A DNA stretch of 61,407 nt from assembly GCA_900552725.1 (NCBI GenBank), contig USAT01000001.1, positions 1-61,407 of the forward strand. Direction: 5' to 3'. Below, one piece after another: positions 9,398 to 19,282 of this stretch; position 1 is the stretch's first letter; each line of letters opens with the position of its first letter. The translations under genes were made by a program, and so were the position numbers. Source of the DNA: an uncultured Eubacteriales bacterium. GTDB lineage: Bacteria; Bacillota; Clostridia; Oscillospirales; Oscillospiraceae. The notes beneath the pieces are model-generated. The model was not told where the DNA came from, did not search any database, and was given only the letters and a program-made list of their open reading frames with translations.

Positions 9398-11039
9398 ATG
9401 ACCAACTGAGGCCCGGCTGGGGCCGGTAGAATTCCTCCGCGGAGGTCACCACATCCTGACACACCGGCTGCGTGTTCGTGCTCCAGTCCAGAACGCTGTT
9501 GCGCACCCGCGCCCCGTACTGCAGGCCGCCCGGCCCATAGATGGTCAGCATCAGGTCGCTGCCGCCGTAATAGGCGGCCACCGCCAGATACCGGCCGTTG
9601 TAGGCCATGGTGTACGCCTCGTTTACCACCGGATAGCGCCAGTCGTAGCCGTATTGGCCGTCAGGATCACCCAGATCGTCCGTGTCGGTATACCAGTCGT
9701 CGGGCTCATCCTGCACCCAGCTGTTATTTATCTCGTCCCACCGCATGACTGAGCCGTAGCTGGGGATATCGCAGACGAACCGGGCGTCATAGCCCTCCCC
9801 CTCCGGCGCCAGCACCGCCAGACGGCTGCCCATTATCAACGCCAGGAAGTTCTCCCCCTGCCGCGCGGTAACCGCCGGATAGGCCCACTCCTCCACCAGG
9901 AGCCTGCCGACGCCGTCCGCGGGATCACCCTCCGGGGTATACTGGTACCGGGCGCCCTCCGTCGTGGGACGGTAGGGGCCGTACTCGTTTTCCGATACAT
10001 AATCCCGGCTTGTGTTGCCCCCGTAAGCCTCCGCGCCGTCCAGCTCCAGCGTCTGCACCAGGTGATAGTCCGTGCTGTCCAGCACCCGCAGCACATAGTG
10101 CGCCTCCTCCACCGTCACCAGCAGGATATACGCGCCGTCGTAGCTCCGCTCCAGCAGCGCCACCCGCTGGTTCTCGATGTCCAACGGATACACCAGGCGG
10201 CACTCCTCCAACGTCGGCCACCGGCCTGCCGTTATGCTTGAGGAATCGCCGTAGCGCACCTGCTCCCGGATGGGCATATACCACAGGCCGAAGCCCTCCG
10301 GGGCCCAGTCCGGCCGGGGCTGCACACCGGCGTCGAAGCCCACCGTCACCAGCGCGCCATTCTCATCGCAGACGGAATAGGGCTTGAACTGGTTCTCCAC
10401 ATAGTCGGAGCCATAGCCGGAGGCATAGACGGAGTTGGGATCCTCGGGATCACGGAAGTGGAGCTCCAGCTCGAAAAAATCGTTCTCCGTGGTGGGGATC
10501 CGCAGCTTGTCGAAGGCCAAGCCCGCCTTTTCGGAGTACTCCAGCGAGATACCGCCATATACGTCGGTGTTCACCAGCCGCAGGGGATAGGCATCGTAGT
10601 AGTCGTGGGGATACAGCCGCGTGGTAATGCTGACGCCGTCGCCCCGTTTCTCTCCCTGCGGGGAATTCGCCTGCCGCAGCATGTCGGACAGAATGGGATC
10701 CACGCCGTCCACAGCCAGCAGATTGGAATAGATCTGCCAGGATAGGGTGTTGCCGACAGGCCACACACCGTTGAAATCATTATTTTTGCGGTAGGTCATG
10801 TAGAAGTCCGACTCGTTTTCTCCGGCGGCCGGGTCATAGCGGGTGTACCACCGCAGGCAGTTCTCCGCCGCCACGCGGTAATCCACCGTCAGCCCCTGGG
10901 CGGCACTGCTGTCGCCGATGGAATTCACCACCTCCATCTCGACAGGCAGCGCCTTCGCCGCCTCGACGCGGTTGATGACGATCAGCCCGCCCAGCGCCAG
11001 TACCAGCGCCAGCGCGGTGATCAGGATGCGTCCCTTCAT
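9396..11039 (-). CDS. Hypothetical N-terminally anchored/secreted acidic protein (547 aa)
   Basis: Long ORF with N-terminal hydrophobic helix; last gene of the GntR-ABC operon. Confidence 0.7.
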   Translation of the reverse strand: MKGRILITALALVLALGGLIVINRVEAAKALPVEMEVVNSIGDSSAAQGLTVDYRVAAENCLRWYTRYDPAAGENESDFYMTYRKNNDFNGVWPVGNTLSWQIYSNLLAVDGVDPILSDMLRQANSPQGEKRGDGVSITTRLYPHDYYDAYPLRLVNTDVYGGISLEYSEKAGLAFDKLRIPTTENDFFELELHFRDPEDPNSVYASGYGSDYVENQFKPYSVCDENGALVTVGFDAGVQPRPDWAPEGFGLWYMPIREQVRYGDSSSITAGRWPTLEECRLVYPLDIENQRVALLERSYDGAYILLVTVEEAHYVLRVLDSTDYHLVQTLELDGAEAYGGNTSRDYVSENEYGPYRPTTEGARYQYTPEGDPADGVGRLLVEEWAYPAVTARQGENFLALIMGSRLAVLAPEGEGYDARFVCDIPSYGSVMRWDEINNSWVQDEPDDWYTDTDDLGDPDGQYGYDWRYPVVNEAYTMAYNGRYLAVAAYYGGSDLMLTIYGPGGLQYGARVRNSVLDWSTNTQPVCQDVVTSAEEFYRPQPGLSWS

Positions 11040-11040
11040 G

Positions 11041-11775
11041 TCACCCCTCCTCGTCGTTCACGTCGCAGAGCACCCGGCTGACCCGGTCGCCCTGATAGCA
11101 ATACGTCTCCTTCACATAGGTCATCAGATCCTTGCCCTGCTCCTCCAGCTCCTCGATGGTGCAGTCGCCCACCAGCTCACCCTTGCGGATCAGCACGGCG
11201 CGGGAGATGAAGTGCTGCACCTCCTCCAGCAGGTGGGTGGACAGCAGCACCGTCTCGTGCTCCTCCAGAATGCCCAGCAGCACCTTGTAGAAGTCCTCCC
11301 GGTTGAACACGTCATTCCCGGCGAAGGGCTCATCCATCAGGATGTAGTCCGCCCCCTGGGACAGGGCCATCACCACCTCGAACTGGTTCTTCATACCGGC
11401 GGAGAAGGCCCGCAGGGGCTTATTCATCGGCAGCTCGAAAAAGTCCATCAGCGCGTGAAAGCGCTTGTCATTGAACCGGGGGAAATGAGCCTGATAGAAG
11501 TCCCGGTGCCCCTTGGGCGTCAGGGCCGGGAAGAAGGAGTGCTCGCAGGTGGCGAAGCTGAGGCGCTCGATGTTCTTCTCGTTGATGGATGCGCCGTCCA
11601 GGGTGATCGTCCCCCCATGGGACAGCAGGCCCAGGATGCACTTCATCAGCGTGGTCTTGCCTGCGCCGTTCTCGCCGAACAGGCCCACGATCTGCCCCTG
11701 GGGCAGGGTCAGGGACACGTCCTTCAACGCTCGGGTCACGCCGTATTTCTTGCTGACGCTCTTCAATTCCAACAT
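11041..11775 (-). CDS. ABC transporter ATP-binding protein (YtrB-like)
   Basis: GENGAGKT Walker A, FSAGM signature, ILMDEP Walker B, STH. Confidence 0.9.
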   Translation of the reverse strand: MLELKSVSKKYGVTRALKDVSLTLPQGQIVGLFGENGAGKTTLMKCILGLLSHGGTITLDGASINEKNIERLSFATCEHSFFPALTPKGHRDFYQAHFPRFNDKRFHALMDFFELPMNKPLRAFSAGMKNQFEVVMALSQGADYILMDEPFAGNDVFNREDFYKVLLGILEEHETVLLSTHLLEEVQHFISRAVLIRKGELVGDCTIEELEEQGKDLMTYVKETYCYQGDRVSRVLCDVNDEEG

Positions 11776-11791
11776 ATGACACCCCTCCTTG

Positions 11792-12346
11792 TTACTGATA
11801 GCGGATATAGAGCCCGGTGCGGTCCAGCGCCTCCACCCGGGCGATGTTCTCCGGCGTGGGCAGGCACTCCGCCGGTGTGGCGAACCGCCACACCAGCCAG
11901 CACAGCCCCAGCAGCACCGCCCCGGTCACCAGAATGGCCAGCGTCCAGCACACCGGCACCGTCCACACCTGCCGCCGCAGCAGGCCGCGGCCCTCCGGCA
12001 GGCGGCGCATGAGATAGATGCTGCGGCTGCCCTGATAGTAGGAGCTGTACAGCACCGCCGCCGTGGCCAGCGCCACCGCCGCCAGCAGCGGATAGACGAT
12101 GAGCGTCCACAGAACGCAGACGGCAAAGGGCTGCATCAGCACATCGCCCAGCAGCTCGCCCGCATGGGGCGAATAGGCCGCATACCACAGGGCGTCGTAG
12201 GCCTCCCGGTACCGGCACAGGAACGCTATCGCGCACACAAAGGCCGGGGCCGTCAGCGACCAGAGGATCCAGCCCTGTACCCGATCCGAATCCATATTGG
12301 GCGGCAGCAGGGTGAAAATACGCTTCAGCTTCCATTCACGCTTCAT
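11792..12346 (-). CDS. Membrane protein, probable ABC permease
   Basis: MKREWK start after GGAGG, overlapping the upstream gene; TM helices and SRSIYLMRRLP motif. Confidence 0.7.
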   Translation of the reverse strand: MKREWKLKRIFTLLPPNMDSDRVQGWILWSLTAPAFVCAIAFLCRYREAYDALWYAAYSPHAGELLGDVLMQPFAVCVLWTLIVYPLLAAVALATAAVLYSSYYQGSRSIYLMRRLPEGRGLLRRQVWTVPVCWTLAILVTGAVLLGLCWLVWRFATPAECLPTPENIARVEALDRTGLYIRYQ

Positions 12347-13130
12347 CACTGTCACCTCCCAGCAGCAGTGCAAGGGCAGCGCCCGCCACGACCAGCAGGA
12401 ACAGCAGCAACAGCAGACCGGTGCTCTCGCCCAGGCCGCAGAAGAAGCTGGCAATGGTACCGCCCAGCGCCAGCAGCACCAACACGCTGAAGCGCCCCCG
12501 CCGCTGGCGATAGGAGAACAGCACCGTGGTGAAGGCCACCGCCAGCACCGCGGCCCCATCCGACGCCCACGCCGCCGCATCCCGCAGCGGCAGCAGATGG
12601 TGCATGAAGGGATCGGTATAGCACAGCATCATCAGGCTCTGGGGACTGGGTGCCTCTTCCTCAGGCCACAGCGGCCCGCCCACATTCATGTGGAGCCGCA
12701 ACGTCATGGCGCCGTACACAGCCGCCGCCACCGCCGCCCAGAAGATCACCAGCAGCGCCGCGTGATAGGCCGCCCACAGGAACACCGCCTGCCGTTCCTT
12801 CACCCGCAGCCGCCGCACGGTGTATTCGCTCCTGACGCCGTAGCCGCAGCCGGTCAGGCTCATGGTCACAACGATGGCCGCGAAGCCCACGGCGCACACG
12901 ATGGTGGCGCGGCTCTCCGCCGCCACCGACACCAGCCGGGGATAGCTGGCCACCAGCGTCGTGGTCTCACCCGTCTTCGGGTTCACATAGTTCTCGTCCA
13001 GCACCACCGTCCCTACGGGATAGCGCCACACCAGAACGCCCGCCAGCGCCGCCGTCACCAGCGTGATGACCAATATCCGGTAGAGATTCCACCGGGCGTA
13101 CAGCCCGACGGTGGAAAGATACTTGTTCAT
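12336..13130 (-). CDS. Membrane protein, probable ABC permease
   Basis: About 6 TM helices, YTVRRL motif; translationally coupled to GntR. Confidence 0.7.
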   Translation of the reverse strand: MNKYLSTVGLYARWNLYRILVITLVTAALAGVLVWRYPVGTVVLDENYVNPKTGETTTLVASYPRLVSVAAESRATIVCAVGFAAIVVTMSLTGCGYGVRSEYTVRRLRVKERQAVFLWAAYHAALLVIFWAAVAAAVYGAMTLRLHMNVGGPLWPEEEAPSPQSLMMLCYTDPFMHHLLPLRDAAAWASDGAAVLAVAFTTVLFSYRQRRGRFSVLVLLALGGTIASFFCGLGESTGLLLLLFLLVVAGAALALLLGGDSDEA

Positions 13131-13513
13131 TGGCTCTCCTCCTCCGCATACAGCTTCACCACCAGGTCGGCGGCCTCCGCCGCCGTCAGGCCCAGGCGCT
13201 TCATGTCCCGCACCATGGCCCGGAGCTGGTTCTCCGTCATCTCCCGCCGCAGTGCCTGCCGCTGCTGCTCCGTGGCGCAGACAAAGCTCTTAGCCCCGGC
13301 GTGGGACTGCACCAGTCCCTCCTCCTCCAGCAGGCGGTACGCCTTCTGGATGGTGTTGGGGTTCACCGTCAGGTCAGCCGACAGCGCCCGGCGTGAGGGC
13401 AGCTCCTCCCCGTCGGCGATGGTACCGGCGGCCAGTCCCTGCTTGATGTACCGTATGATCTGCAGATAGATAGGCTGTCCCTCCGTCTGGACAAAGCCCC
13501 CGAAATCAATCAA
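13127..13513 (-). CDS. GntR family regulator, YtrA subfamily
   Basis: PIYLQI..LPSRRALS..VNPNTIQKAY; short C-terminus; heads an ABC operon; TTG start with GGAGG. Confidence 0.88.
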   Translation of the reverse strand: MIDFGGFVQTEGQPIYLQIIRYIKQGLAAGTIADGEELPSRRALSADLTVNPNTIQKAYRLLEEEGLVQSHAGAKSFVCATEQQRQALRREMTENQLRAMVRDMKRLGLTAAEAADLVVKLYAEEESQ

Positions 13514-13533
13514 CGCCCCCGCCTCCTCTCTTC

Positions 13534-13598
13534 AACTGTACTATGCGTGTAACACAGTTTCTAACTGTATTATATGCATAGTACAGTTCGTTTGTCAA
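13534..13598 (-). promoter_or_regulatory. sigmaA promoter with two tandem YtrA-type operators
   Basis: TTGACA (13598-13593), 18 bp, TATAAT (13574-13569); AACTGT-N14-ACAGTT at 13534-13559 and 13563-13588. Confidence 0.75.
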
Positions 13599-13730
13599 GC
13601 TTATTCTCGCGGAATTTTACTTAGATTTTACAAAACAGCGCCAGCGGATTTGACAATCCCCTGCTATGCTGATATTGGACGTAAAATGATCGTAAGAAAA
13701 ATGTGAAACATGGATTGAGGAGAATTCAAT

Positions 13731-15494
13731 ATGGATATTTTCAAGGTACTGACCATGATCGGCGGACTGTGCCTGTTCCTGTTCGGTATGAACCTGATGG
13801 GCCAGGCGCTGGAGCGCCGTGCCGGCGGCAAGCTGCGGACACTGCTGGACAAGATGACCAGCAACGTATTCGCCGGCTTCCTGACAGGCCTGGGCATCAC
13901 CGCCATCATCCAGAGCTCGTCGGCCACCACCGTGATGGTGGTGGGCTTCGTCAACTCCGGGCTGATGACGCTGCGGCAGGCCATCAACGTCATCATGGGC
14001 GCCAACGTGGGCACCACCGTCACCGCGTGGCTGCTGAGCCTGGCGGGCATCGACAGCGGCAACGTGTGGATCAAGCTGCTGAAGCCCACCTCCTTCACCC
14101 CGGTGCTGGCGCTGATCGGTATCATTTTCTATATGTTCTGCAAGGACGCCAAGAAGAAGGACACCGGCATGATCCTGCTGGGCTTCGCCACGCTGATGTT
14201 CGGCATGGACACCATGAGCGGCGCGGTGGCGGGTCTGAAGGATGTCCCCGGCTTTGCCGAGCTGTTCATTATGTTCAAGAACCCCATCCTGGGCGTGCTG
14301 GTGGGCGCGGTGCTGACGGGCATCATCCAGTCCTCCTCCGCCTCCGTGGGCATCCTGCAGGCGCTGGCCCTGACCGGACAGGTCAGCTACGCCGCCGCCA
14401 TCCCCATCATCATGGGCCAGAATATCGGCACCACCGTTACGGCGCTGCTGTCCTCCGTGGGCACCAATAAGAACGCCAAGCGGGCCGCCGTGGTACACCT
14501 GATGTTCAACGTCATCGGCGTGGTGGTGCTGCTGACAGTGTTCTGTATCGTCAAGGCCGTCTTTGCCCCGGCCATTCTCAACGAATCCGCCACCATGTAC
14601 GGCATCGCCATCGCCCACTCCCTGTTCAACATCCTGTGCACCGCCATGCTGCTGCCTGCCGGTAACATTCTGGAGAAGCTGGCCATCCGCATGGTGCCCG
14701 ACGTGACCCACAAAGAAGAGGCGGCCGTGGAGCTGGACGAGCGCCTGCTGGCCACCCCCTCCCTGGCCCTGCGCCAGTGCCGCGCCGTGGCCAACGACAT
14801 GGCCGAGTGCGCCGTCCGTGCCCTGGAAAACGCCCTGGCCGCCTTTACCCATTACACCCCCGCCCTGGCGGACAGCATCCGCGCCGACGAGGATCGCTGC
14901 GACCACTATGAGGACGTGATCGGCACCTATCTGGTGAAGCTCAGCGCCCAGAAGATGGGCGAGGCCGAGAGCGAGGAGGCCACCGAGCTGCTGAAGACCA
15001 TCGGCGACCTGGAGCGCATCTCTGACCACGCCGTCAACGTGCTGGAATCGGCGGAGGAGCTGCAGGCCAAGGGCCTCTCCTTCAGCGGCAGCGCCCGGGC
15101 CGAGCTCATCACCCTCTCCGACGCCATCCGCGAGATCCTGTCTCTGGCGGAAACCGCCTTCCTGCACCAGGACGTGGAGGCCGCCATGAAGGTGGAGCCG
15201 CTGGAGCAGGTCATCGACACGCTGAAGGAGGAAATGCGCACCCGCCACATCCTGCGGATGCAGCAGGGCCAGTGCAGCATCGAGGCCGGCTTCGTCTGGT
15301 CGGATCTGCTGACGGATCTGGAGCGCACCTCCGACCACTGCTCCAATATCGCCGGGTGCGTCATCGACGCCGCCCAGCACAACCTGAACCTTCACGAAAC
15401 GCTCCACGCCATCCGCCGAAACGACGACAGCTTCCAGCGCCGCTTCCGTTCCTATCTGGAAGCCTATTCCTTACCTACTCTTCCATCCATGTAA
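13731..15494 (+). CDS. Na+/Pi cotransporter family protein with C-terminal PhoU domains
   Basis: IQSSSAT, GANVGTT, QSSSAS, GQNIGTT; DLERISDH and DLERTSDH PhoU-like repeats. Confidence 0.92.
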   Translation: MDIFKVLTMIGGLCLFLFGMNLMGQALERRAGGKLRTLLDKMTSNVFAGFLTGLGITAIIQSSSATTVMVVGFVNSGLMTLRQAINVIMGANVGTTVTAWLLSLAGIDSGNVWIKLLKPTSFTPVLALIGIIFYMFCKDAKKKDTGMILLGFATLMFGMDTMSGAVAGLKDVPGFAELFIMFKNPILGVLVGAVLTGIIQSSSASVGILQALALTGQVSYAAAIPIIMGQNIGTTVTALLSSVGTNKNAKRAAVVHLMFNVIGVVVLLTVFCIVKAVFAPAILNESATMYGIAIAHSLFNILCTAMLLPAGNILEKLAIRMVPDVTHKEEAAVELDERLLATPSLALRQCRAVANDMAECAVRALENALAAFTHYTPALADSIRADEDRCDHYEDVIGTYLVKLSAQKMGEAESEEATELLKTIGDLERISDHAVNVLESAEELQAKGLSFSGSARAELITLSDAIREILSLAETAFLHQDVEAAMKVEPLEQVIDTLKEEMRTRHILRMQQGQCSIEAGFVWSDLLTDLERTSDHCSNIAGCVIDAAQHNLNLHETLHAIRRNDDSFQRRFRSYLEAYSLPTLPSM

Positions 15495-15539
15495 ACGTGA
15501 AACGCCCTGCCGCTTCAAAGGCGCAGGGCGTTTCACGTT
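15494..15539. terminator. Bidirectional terminator hairpin
   Basis: AACGTGAAACGCCCTGC...GCAGGGCGTTTCACGTT between convergent genes. Confidence 0.75.
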
Positions 15540-15543
15540 GTTC

Positions 15544-15978
15544 TTATAAAAATCCTCTGATATCCACCGCCAGCCGCTCCTCCAGCGCGATGAGCCGCTT
15601 GGTGATGTCCTTTGAGGTCTCGTCCGCCGCCTGGTACTGGTTCAGGTACTGGCTCAGGGATTTGACCCCCATGTTGCAGCCGTCGGTCATCAGATCGGCG
15701 ATGGTCTCGTCCGAGTCGTCCATTCCCAGCTTCATGCCGGTCTTCATGTGGGACATGCCCTTGGCGATGGGGTTGGGGTCCTTCCCCTCGTCGCCGTATT
15801 TGTCCAGCAGCGTCTGGATCTCCGCCTTCAGCTTATCGTGCTGGGCCTTGCAGTCTGTCAGCAGGCGGCGGAAGTGCTTGTCCGCCACCCGATCCACCAC
15901 GTCGCTGATGGCCGAGACGCCCATTTTGATGCCCGCGTCACACTCCCGCAGCAGCCGGATGGTATCCGGTTCCACCAT
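15544..15978 (-). CDS. Conserved hypothetical helical protein (possibly ferritin-like fold)
   Basis: 144 aa ORF with RBS AAGGAG; repeated G..MGV helical motif. Confidence 0.7.
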   Translation of the reverse strand: MVEPDTIRLLRECDAGIKMGVSAISDVVDRVADKHFRRLLTDCKAQHDKLKAEIQTLLDKYGDEGKDPNPIAKGMSHMKTGMKLGMDDSDETIADLMTDGCNMGVKSLSQYLNQYQAADETSKDITKRLIALEERLAVDIRGFL

Positions 15979-16031
15979 TGGTCATCCACTCCTTTGTTCA
16001 GATGGCCTTAGTGTACCCGGACAGCCGGATT

Positions 16032-16400
16032 TTACACGCATTTCTGCGCCGTAAACACGGCGGCAATGCCCAGCACCACGCTGGCAATCACATACAGCGC
16101 TGCCTGCGCTGTCTTGCCGCTCTGCAAAAGCTACGCCGTCTCCAGAGAAAACGTGGAAAACGTGGTGAAGCCGCCGCAGAAGCCCACCTTCAGGAACAGC
16201 ACCAGCCGGGGATCCCAGCCGCTGTGCTTCCCCACCGCCGCCACGATCAGCCCGATGCAGAAGGCGCCGACTACGTTGATGCCCAGCGTGATCACGGGAA
16301 AGCCCGCCGCCTTTACCGGCAGCTTTCCCAGCAAAAAGCGGCTCACCGAGCCGATCGCGCCGCCCAGCGCCACGAACAGACAGTCCAGCAGTGTTTTCAT
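16032..16400 (-). pseudogene. crcB: Fluoride channel CrcB/Fluc interrupted by an in-frame TAG
   Basis: GGAIGSVSR and GFCGGFTTFSTF signatures; TAG at 16133-16131, then the frame continues LLQSGK...AQKCV to TAA at 16034-16032. Confidence 0.85.
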
Positions 16401-16463
16401 ATGCCATCACCTCGCCCCACATCATAGCACACGGCGTACCTTCTGTAAAGGCGAGGAGCCCGC

Positions 16464-17204
16464 TCACCGCTCCTGCGGTGTCCGCTGTCTCCTGCCGCAC
16501 CGCATCCCAATGCGGTACACCGCCTCCCCGATAATCACGCCCAGGATGGCCCCGGCCAAGATATCGCTGGGAAAATGGACGAACAGATAGAGCCGTGAAA
16601 AGGCGATGACCGCCGCCAGCGGGATAGCCGCCCAGCCGAAGCGGCGATCCGTTTTCGTCAGCACCGTGGCGCCGATCACGGAGGACAGCGTGTGGCCGGA
16701 GGGAAATGAGTAGTCCGCGGGCGAGGAGATCAGCATCATCACGCTGTCGTCCAGCCAGCAGGGCCGTGGCCGGGCAATAAGGTTTTTCAGGCACACGTTG
16801 CCCACCAGCACGCCCACAGCCAGGCCCAGGATCATCCAGAGGGATTTATTCATGCCTGCATTGACGGCGCTGCGGTACAGCCACGCCGCCGTCAACAGCC
16901 AATACCAGGCCACCAGCAGCACCCACAGCAGTCCCAGCACACCGAAGAATACAAAGTGTCCCGGTGTCAGCGGCGTGATCTGGCTCTTCCAGGCGTCCTC
17001 GCTGTCGTGGCCGCCCTGCTGTCCGTCATGCTCGCCGTCGTGGCGATCCTCGCCATAGGTCTGCTCCAGGGCAGCGGCCTCCCTGATCTGCCGGGACAGA
17101 CTCAGGGGGACGGCCACGGCGCTGAGCACCGCCAGCACCACCGCCAGCAGGATCACCAGCTTATAGGCCTTGACATAGTTCTTCTGCATTACCATCTCGT
17201 GCAT
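16464..17204 (-). CDS. Chimeric membrane protein/PAP2 phosphatase
   Basis: C-terminal KNLIARPRP, PSGH and SRLYLFVHFPSD PAP2 motifs; unrelated-looking N-terminal membrane segment; RBS AGGAGG. Confidence 0.7.
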   Translation of the reverse strand: MHEMVMQKNYVKAYKLVILLAVVLAVLSAVAVPLSLSRQIREAAALEQTYGEDRHDGEHDGQQGGHDSEDAWKSQITPLTPGHFVFFGVLGLLWVLLVAWYWLLTAAWLYRSAVNAGMNKSLWMILGLAVGVLVGNVCLKNLIARPRPCWLDDSVMMLISSPADYSFPSGHTLSSVIGATVLTKTDRRFGWAAIPLAAVIAFSRLYLFVHFPSDILAGAILGVIIGEAVYRIGMRCGRRQRTPQER

Positions 17205-17226
17205 ACGAATACCTCCTATGAGACAT

Positions 17227-17276
17227 AAAAAACGGTTTCTTCTATCTTGGATGTTTCCATGATAGAAGAAACCGTT
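17227..17276 (-). terminator. Intrinsic terminator-like hairpin
   Basis: 16-bp stem AACGGTTTCTTCTATC/GATAGAAGAAACCGTT followed by a T-tract on the minus strand. Confidence 0.6.
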
Positions 17277-17307
17277 AAACACCGTATGAAGAGAAATGAA
17301 ACAGAGT

Positions 17308-17996
17308 TTAAACTGCCAGCTTGTACCCCACGCCCCACACGGTCTGCAGCAGCCGGGGCTCGGCGGGATCGTCCTCGATCTTCTCCCGCAGCCGCTTCAT
17401 GTGCACCGCCACGGTGATGTTGTCCCCCAAGGATTCCAGGCCCCAGATCATCTCGTACAGATCCTCCCGGCTGAACACCTGGTCCGGATGGCGCATGAGG
17501 AACAGCAGCAGCTCGTACTCCTTGTTCTTCAGGGGCACCGGCACGCCGTTCTTCGTGATCTGGTGGCAGGCGGTATCCACCGCCAGCGGCCCGGCGGCCA
17601 ACAGCGTGGTCTCCGCCGCCGCGGGCTTCAGCCGCCGGTACCGGGCCAGATGGGCCTTGACCCGTGCCACCAGCACGCTGGGAGAGAAGGGCTTTTCGAT
17701 GTAGTCGTCGGCGCCGTAGCCCAGCCCGCGGATCTTGTCCACATCCTTGCCCAGGGCCGTGACCATCAGGATGGGGATGTCCTTGGCCTCCCGCACCTTC
17801 CGGCAGATGGTAAAGCCGTCCATTCCCGGCAGCATCAGGTCCAGAAGCAGCAGGTCAAAGGGCTGCTCCAGCACCGCGGCCAGTCCGGCGGCGACGTCGG
17901 TGCAGACGCTGACCTCTCATAGCCGCCCACCTCCAGATAGTCCCGCTCAATGGCGGCGATGTCGGCGTCGTCCTCAATGATCAGTATTTTCGCCAT
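17308..17996 (-). pseudogene. OmpR-family response regulator, frameshifted
   Basis: MAKILIIEDD...GGYE, then an extra AG (TAT GAG AG GTC, about 17914-17917), then VSVC...DLMLPG...KPF...TVWGVGY. Confidence 0.85.
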
Positions 17997-18011
17997 GTTA
18001 TCCCTCCTTTG

Positions 18012-19121
18012 CTACCATCGATTGACAATGGCAGACACGGTCACCCGCAGGCCGCCGTTTTCCGCGTTCTCCGCCCAGACGGTGCCGTGCATCTCGTCAC
18101 AGGCCTTTTTCACCACCGCAAGGCCGATGCCGCTGCCCTTTCCGGGCGCTGTCCGGGCGGCGTCGCCCCGGTAGAATACGTCAAACAGCCGGGGCAGCTG
18201 CTCCGGCGGCACGCCTGCGCCGTTGTCGGTAAAGGCGATGGCCGCCATATCGCCGATCTTCTCCGCCGTGATGCGGACGGAAACGTCCTCCCGTCCGCCG
18301 TACTTGCGGCTGTTGTCCAGCAGGTTCACCGCGATGCGCCGCAGCAGCTCACGGTCGGCCAGCACGGTCATCTCCGGCACGTCCACCGTGACGGCCACCC
18401 CCTCCTGCTCCTCGGTGATAGCCTCCAGTTCAGCGGCCAGCGCCAACGGCTCTGCATGGACAGGATACTGGCTGACGTCCATGCGCGCAAAGGCAAACAG
18501 CCGGTTCACCAGCGTCTCCATGTCCGCCTCCTTGGCGTAGATGGTCTGCAGATATCGCTGGCGGGCTGCCTCATCCTGGGCCACGCCCTCCAGCAGGCCC
18601 TCCGTGTAGGCGCGGATGGCAGTCAGCGGGCTTTTCAGATCGTGGGACATGCCGGCGATCAGCTCCTGCTTCTGCTGCTGGGCCGCCTGCTGCTGCTCCA
18701 GCGAGGCCTTCAGCCGCGCCGCCATCTCATCCACCGCGTCACAGGCGGCCTTGAACTCGTCCGGCTCCGTGTAGGCGATGGGTGTGTCCAGGTCGCCGTC
18801 CCGGATGCGGGCCACGCCCGCCGTCAGGGTGTCCAGCGGCTGGGAGATGTGGCGGAACAGGTGCCGCGTCAGATACAGATTGGTCAGCGCCACCGTTCCC
18901 AGCAGCAGCACCGCCGCGATGGCGGCAAACACGCTCAGCGTCAGCTTAAAGCCGTGGAGCACCGCCTCGATCTGCTCCACCGCGCTGTGCAGCGTCATCA
19001 GATTCCCACGCAGCAGCACCAGCGCCGCACCACCCCCCAGCAAAAGCAGCACCGCCGCCGCAAGGATCGGTATCACCAGCATGGCGATATTGGAGCGCGC
19101 CAGCCGTTTTTTGATGGTCAT
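18012..19121 (-). CDS. Sensor histidine kinase (2 TM, HAMP, HisKA, HATPase)
   Basis: SHDLKSPL H-box, NLLDNSRKY, DNGAG, FYRG, GSGIGL. Confidence 0.88.
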   Translation of the reverse strand: MTIKKRLARSNIAMLVIPILAAAVLLLLGGGAALVLLRGNLMTLHSAVEQIEAVLHGFKLTLSVFAAIAAVLLLGTVALTNLYLTRHLFRHISQPLDTLTAGVARIRDGDLDTPIAYTEPDEFKAACDAVDEMAARLKASLEQQQAAQQQKQELIAGMSHDLKSPLTAIRAYTEGLLEGVAQDEAARQRYLQTIYAKEADMETLVNRLFAFARMDVSQYPVHAEPLALAAELEAITEEQEGVAVTVDVPEMTVLADRELLRRIAVNLLDNSRKYGGREDVSVRITAEKIGDMAAIAFTDNGAGVPPEQLPRLFDVFYRGDAARTAPGKGSGIGLAVVKKACDEMHGTVWAENAENGGLRVTVSAIVNRW

Positions 19122-19282
19122 GCCCATCCCTCCCCATCGTATGTGGCTCAATTATACCATGTATGGTGCAGAATTGTTAAACAAAGATTAAAACTTATCC
19201 TTTTTCCTCCTAAAATGAAGATATTTTGCAAGACCCTCCGCCACAGACGTGGTACAATAATCCCGGCAAGGAGGTAAGGCGC

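Noticed and set aside
18900..19080. Short extracellular loop of the kinase as another deletion
   Set aside because: Intramembrane-sensing kinases naturally have short loops; no breakpoint evidence
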